From assembly GCA_036172245.1 (NCBI GenBank), contig JAYWIR010000046.1, positions 992,001-1,056,000 on the forward strand: a stretch of 64,000 nt of DNA, in the 5' to 3' direction. The DNA comes from Raillietiella orientalis. Taxonomy: Eukaryota. Each line of letters begins with the position of its first letter. Position 1 is the stretch's first letter. The translations under genes were made by a program, and so were the position numbers. Positions 59,301-64,000 of this stretch are shown in pieces. The notes under the pieces were generated by a model. That model did no database searches. It was not told the DNA's origin and was given only the letters and a program-made list of their open reading frames with translations.

Positions 59301-60249
59301 TACACACGTAACAGCTGGAAGCTGGGAGATCGGTTGAAAGACCTCTAGAAAAGACAATGCATCCTGAAAAATGCGTGCGTGGATCTTCTCTCCTAGACGA
59401 AAGTGTGATTTCCTCAACCATCTTGAATTTCACAGGAACCCTCATTCGAAAAAGTTCCAAACTGGAGAAGCAGACCGCCGGAACGAAAACAAAGTCGGGT
59501 TGCCGAAAAGATGGATCACCTGAAACCGGAGATCAGATCGAGCAGGAAAGGAAAAAAAGGGGGGGACTTAAAGTCACGGTGAAAAATAGAGAATTTCATT
59601 TCTTCTTTTTCTTTCCTTTTTTTATTTAAATCCATTTTAATTTTCCTGGGAAAATAAAACAAAAAAGGACTGCAGAAAAAACTGCCACAAAGAGCGAGGG
59701 TAATTATTCTTCCTTCTGCGAGACTACAAGAAGAAAGACTGCTTCGTGAAATATAAGAACCATATACGTGCGCATAAGTACCTGTGCATAAAGTCAGTGT
59801 GCATACAGGAATGCCTTTTAGGGATGCTTTTTTTTTTTTAATGTGGCGTGCTAGAAAGAAGAATATAAACAGGGGATAGGGAGTCTGTGTGTTGGAAACA
59901 GCCAGCGCTCCCACGTGCGCATCCTACGTAGGATCTTCGCACGCATTCCTCTGTGGGCAAGATCCTAAAGTCCATGTTCTCCTTTCAAACGCTCCCCTGA
60001 GTTGAGCGCTGCGTCTCCTGGGGGAAGAGGAGGAGGGGAGGGGGATCTACGAATGGGAGGAAGGAGCACGCGTTTCAATCGAGTCACTGAATACCTCACA
60101 CAGTTCCTTCCGAAGCGTTTGGGGTATCTGGCAGAAAGGTAGTCGCCGATCCACTACGGAAGAACGGGCCGTGTGAGAAAAGGCGAGCAGAGGGAGGGAG
60201 GGGGGGGGGGACAACTGGTTTGGCAAATGCGCAGCATCTCGGGGAGAGA

Positions 60250-63200
60250 GAGAGCCTTGCACTGCTGAAACGCAGTGGCGCTTTCCGTTCGGGGAAGCGA
60301 GGCGCGGAGACGACTGTCGAATGGCCGCAGATAACGCCACTGACACAAATTGCAGGCCTGGGAACGTGCGCGAAGATGCGAGGAATCAAGAGGTGGCAGG
60401 AAAATGAAGGTTTCCAGAAGCAATCAGACGGACGGACGTCCCGTCGGCTGGAAAGAGCAGGTCACGGAGCACGCAGGAAGGGGGAGGGGGAGATGTCGAC
60501 GCAGTCGGTGCGAACTTTCAGTGGATCCACGACTTCCCTCTCTCGGCCGTCCCGAACGGACTCGTAGCGCGAGAGACGGAAGGATCCCCCCGATGGCTGA
60601 AACGCTCCCTCGTGGATTGCTCAGGCAGACACTTAGCAGACGCACGACAACACACGAACACACCAGTCGCAGCTCAGATGACGGAAAGCAGCAACGGACA
60701 CCTCCGGCAGGAAGTGAGACTGTGGCGGCGAGATGCTGGGAAGAAGCAGGGGATTGGGAAGAAAAGGGAGAATTTGTGACCTCTTTCTGCTCTTCTGGGA
60801 AGAATCTGCTCTCGGTCCCGGTCGAACGGAAGGGATCCACGCTGACCTCCGCTTCGCAGAGCAGCAGTCCATCGCGAGGAACCGAGGTCGAAGGGAAGAG
60901 GTGTTTGCCCTGCGACAGGATTCCTGGATATGAAGCAGGCTGGAAACCGGAAGAGGAAAGAGACGTAGGAAAAAACCGGAAACCTGACACATCCGACATG
61001 TTAAAAGGCTCCCGAGTGAGATGTGATAGAGCTCAGCATTGGGACAAGCGAACTGCCGCAGGGGGGAAGGGGGGGGGAATCCGCCCCGAGCGTAAGATCC
61101 GAAAGATGCCTTCAAGAGAGAATGCGCGAAGTCTCTCAAGTTCCCTCGAGCCATTCGCGAAAAGCGGATGCGCTCTTGGGAGGGAGACAGACAGAGGGGA
61201 GTGGAGGGGGGAGGGGGAGAGTCCAAAGTCTCATCGTCTTCCACGGAAGGAGCTCTCGGGGAATCGTTCTTTCGGGCGGGGATGGCAGAAAGCTCAAGGG
61301 GAGGCTTTCATCCACGGGGCATGTCGTCACCTTATCACAGGAAGGGCACAGAGCCCCTGATAAGATAACTCAGGAGTCCACCGCGTTCGAAGCTGCAGCC
61401 CTCCTGCGCGTTTTTGTGCACCATCCGAGGAGCACGGGGATGACGTGCCTGGGGGAGAGAGGTGGTGGTGGTGGGATTCTGGGAAGGTCGCACTGCCGGC
61501 ACGACAGCAACAGAGGGAGGCGGAGAAGGGTCCCGAGTCCGCCAGCTATACAGCAGAAGCGACTGGAACGGATGATCGATCTTCTGCTTTCAAGGGATGC
61601 AGAGGTAACGCCGTCCCTCGATCAGCCTCCCTTCCTCCTTCCCCCCCATCTTCTGCTTTCGGGGAAGAAAGGGAACGGCCAGTGTCTGAACGAGGGGAGG
61701 AGACGGCGGCGGCAGCCTTTTCATCCTGAGCTGCCCCCGCCGGGCCTCCGAAGGAGAACCGCCGTCGCTTTTAACGCCTCGTTTGTTTTGGTCGCGCGCA
61801 GCCTGCGGGTTCTCCGCAGTCACCGCCGCCTCCGCCTCTGCAGTGTCCGGTAGGAGTCGCCCAATCGCCCTGCCCTTTCACCACCACTGAATAGGCCATT
61901 CCGGTCTTCCGCTTTCCTCCCCCCTCCCCGCGCGCGCCTGACCTTTATGAATTTTCGGTTCCTCAAGAGGCGATCCGCCCCTCCCCAGATTCGCACGGGC
62001 ACCGGCCCGCATCCACCTGTCTCGAGCACCTGCCCTTATCGCACGCGGGTCTCCCGTAAGAGGGGAGGGGAAGGATGGAAGAGGAGGAGGAGAAGGGTTG
62101 AACAGGTGGACGTGGAGACACATCACCCCCTGTTGAAGAGCCGTGCGAGGACGCGGCCCCTGCGCACGCAGAGACACGGGCCTCGTAATACCCCTTGGTC
62201 CTTTCCCAACTCTTTGCAGGGAGCATCCGAGAGGAAGACGGAAAACCCGAACTCGTAGAACTGGAAACCGGCACATCTCCCCGGGGCGATGCGCGTCTCT
62301 TCAGGAGGACGAAGACAAGTGGCTTGGAGGGGGGAGCGGAAGAGAAACCTCCCTCTCAGAGACAGCAGGTCGTCATCGATCAGCGGAACCTCGGGCAGTT
62401 TGGGGTCTCGCGGACAAAGGAGCGATGACGGATGGACGGGACGATCTCGCGTAGATGGAAAGAGCGGGAAAGACCGGGGGATGGGGAGCGAGGGGCGAAC
62501 CCCGAGATGCGGCGCTGGCGGGCAGCCCTGACAAAAGGCGCCATCAGCCTCCACCTCCCTTGCCGCTCCCCCAGAGGAGAGGAGGGCGGAAGGGTCGACC
62601 CCCGAACTGGCTCCTGCCGCGTACGAAGGAGTCGGCAGGGCAAATGCTTTCGAGGGATGCCTGGGAGAGGTGACAGGAATGGCAGCGAAGCGAGGAAATG
62701 CGAGGAAAATTCCCCCGAGACCGTGCGTCCTCCGGGAAAGGCTGAGGACACCCTCAGGAGGTGCCGCTGCGGGAGAGAGGGGTGAGATGCGCGAATCCGT
62801 GCCTTCCTCCTCGGTCCCCTGCACCTCCAGGATGTAGGAAATCTCCATGCGTAGTGAAGGGAGAGGGAAGGGCTGCAGCCTGCACACCGTTGATCTCTGC
62901 TCTGCCGAGGGAAGATGCGATCTCTCCCATCGTCCCACCCATTTACCCTCTGGAGCACGTCCCCTCCAGGCTCCTCGTGTCTGCAGAGGCGAGAGGCGGG
63001 TCCGGAGCTACCGGAAGCTGCAGAAACGCCACTCCCCCTCCTCTTCCGCTTCCCTGTCGACGCGCTCTCCCTCCAAGGATGCGCGCTCCAGCTTCGGCTC
63101 CGCTGTCGAATGGTTCGGGGAGGGACGCTGCTGGATTCCGGGAAGGCGGGAACAGCAGCGCCCACAAGGAAGAACGGCCTCGTCCGTCGTCGCCGCTGAG
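60250..63200 (-). mobile_element. Decayed RLE-type non-LTR retrotransposon with RT core (ORF 62123..62938)
   Basis: RT-like motifs in the correct order within one frame: LQPFPL (RPIxL), PEGVL (QxGF), PSKAF (DxxKAF), GAFCQGCPPAP (GVxQGCPLSP), LIDDDLL (YADDL). Upstream is EPFD...GGVAF..PDP; downstream are LSQGK and SVTCSFQ. Boundaries are approximate. Confidence 0.55.
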
Positions 63201-64000
63201 GAAACACCTCCGAGGGCCTGCCAGCGGCCCGCGGTCGGACTCTCCGGGAGAGCGCGCTGCCGTCGACCGAAAGGCGGGGTGTCCTCTTCGCAGACCGGCA
63301 GCTACTGCGTCCTGACCCTCACGTCCCCCTTCCCTCCCCCCTTTCCCGGCGATCCGCCAGTTCGTTTCCGCCCCTCCTCCTTCGCCCGCCCTAGCGTTCG
63401 CAGAGGGGCAGGGAAACCCAGCGGCGCACGCACCGGCATCACCGGCATCGGGGACGTGTCCTCAGCCTCCGCTAGGATGAGCTGCTCTCCGTCCTCCCCC
63501 TTCCTCTTCGATTCCCCTTTCTCTTCGTCCGCCTCCCAGGGAATTCCTCTCTCGACTGGAGACTCCTACCTCGCTCCTCCTCGAGGGTGGGGCGTCCTCC
63601 CTGACCGGAGGTGCCTCGGAATGCGCTTTCGACCACTCAGGTGCTGAGGCTCCCCTCGGCCCATCCTCAGACCACGTAATCCTCCACCCGACTCTAGGAC
63701 ACGAGGGAGAAAGATCCCCATCCTTCCCCCGGGGTAGGGGGGTGGAAGAGTCGGAAATCCGCGGCCTCCGAGTCCCTACGAGAGGAGAGTTCCAGGAGAT
63801 GATCGGGAAGAAGCCGGGAAGAAGCCGGGAAGAAGGCGAGGAGAAACAGCTCCCCGGAAACGTATTTCCCGCGTCCCTGAAAGAAGGGTTTCCCGAGTCG
63901 CGCTCGCGCAACCCGGTTCCCTGCGGCCATCCCGTGGAGGGCAGGCGCAGGAGGAACCTCTTCGAGCTATGGCACCTCCTCCTCCCCCGCCCGCCTCCGG

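Overview
Eukaryotic genomic DNA from an invertebrate animal, probably an arthropod (inferred from the junctophilin C-terminus). I found no prokaryotic operon, CRISPR array or RNA gene. Two intact spliced genes lie on the + strand. The first is a 9-exon junctophilin (12823..44735, ~826 aa) with 8 MORN repeats and a C-terminal tail anchor. Its introns range from 22.5 kb down to 49 nt and include one probable GC-AG intron. The second is a 5-exon sphingolipid delta(4)-desaturase, DEGS1/ifc (51275..52487, 320 aa), with 42- and 43-nt introns and strong CpG depletion. Downstream of junctophilin is a recent, rearranged partial duplicate (46006..46369) that fuses the exon 6 acceptor to exon 8 sequence and runs into a new hydrophobic tail; it is a candidate alternative terminal exon. 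Much of the remaining GC-rich DNA appears to be heavily decayed non-LTR retrotransposons of the restriction-like-endonuclease group (NeSL/Utopia- and R2-like). These were recognised by eye from ordered motif remnants; the clearest is at ~54440..55430 (-). Most ORFs in the supplied track are spurious. All element assignments rest on remembered family motifs and need HMM confirmation.
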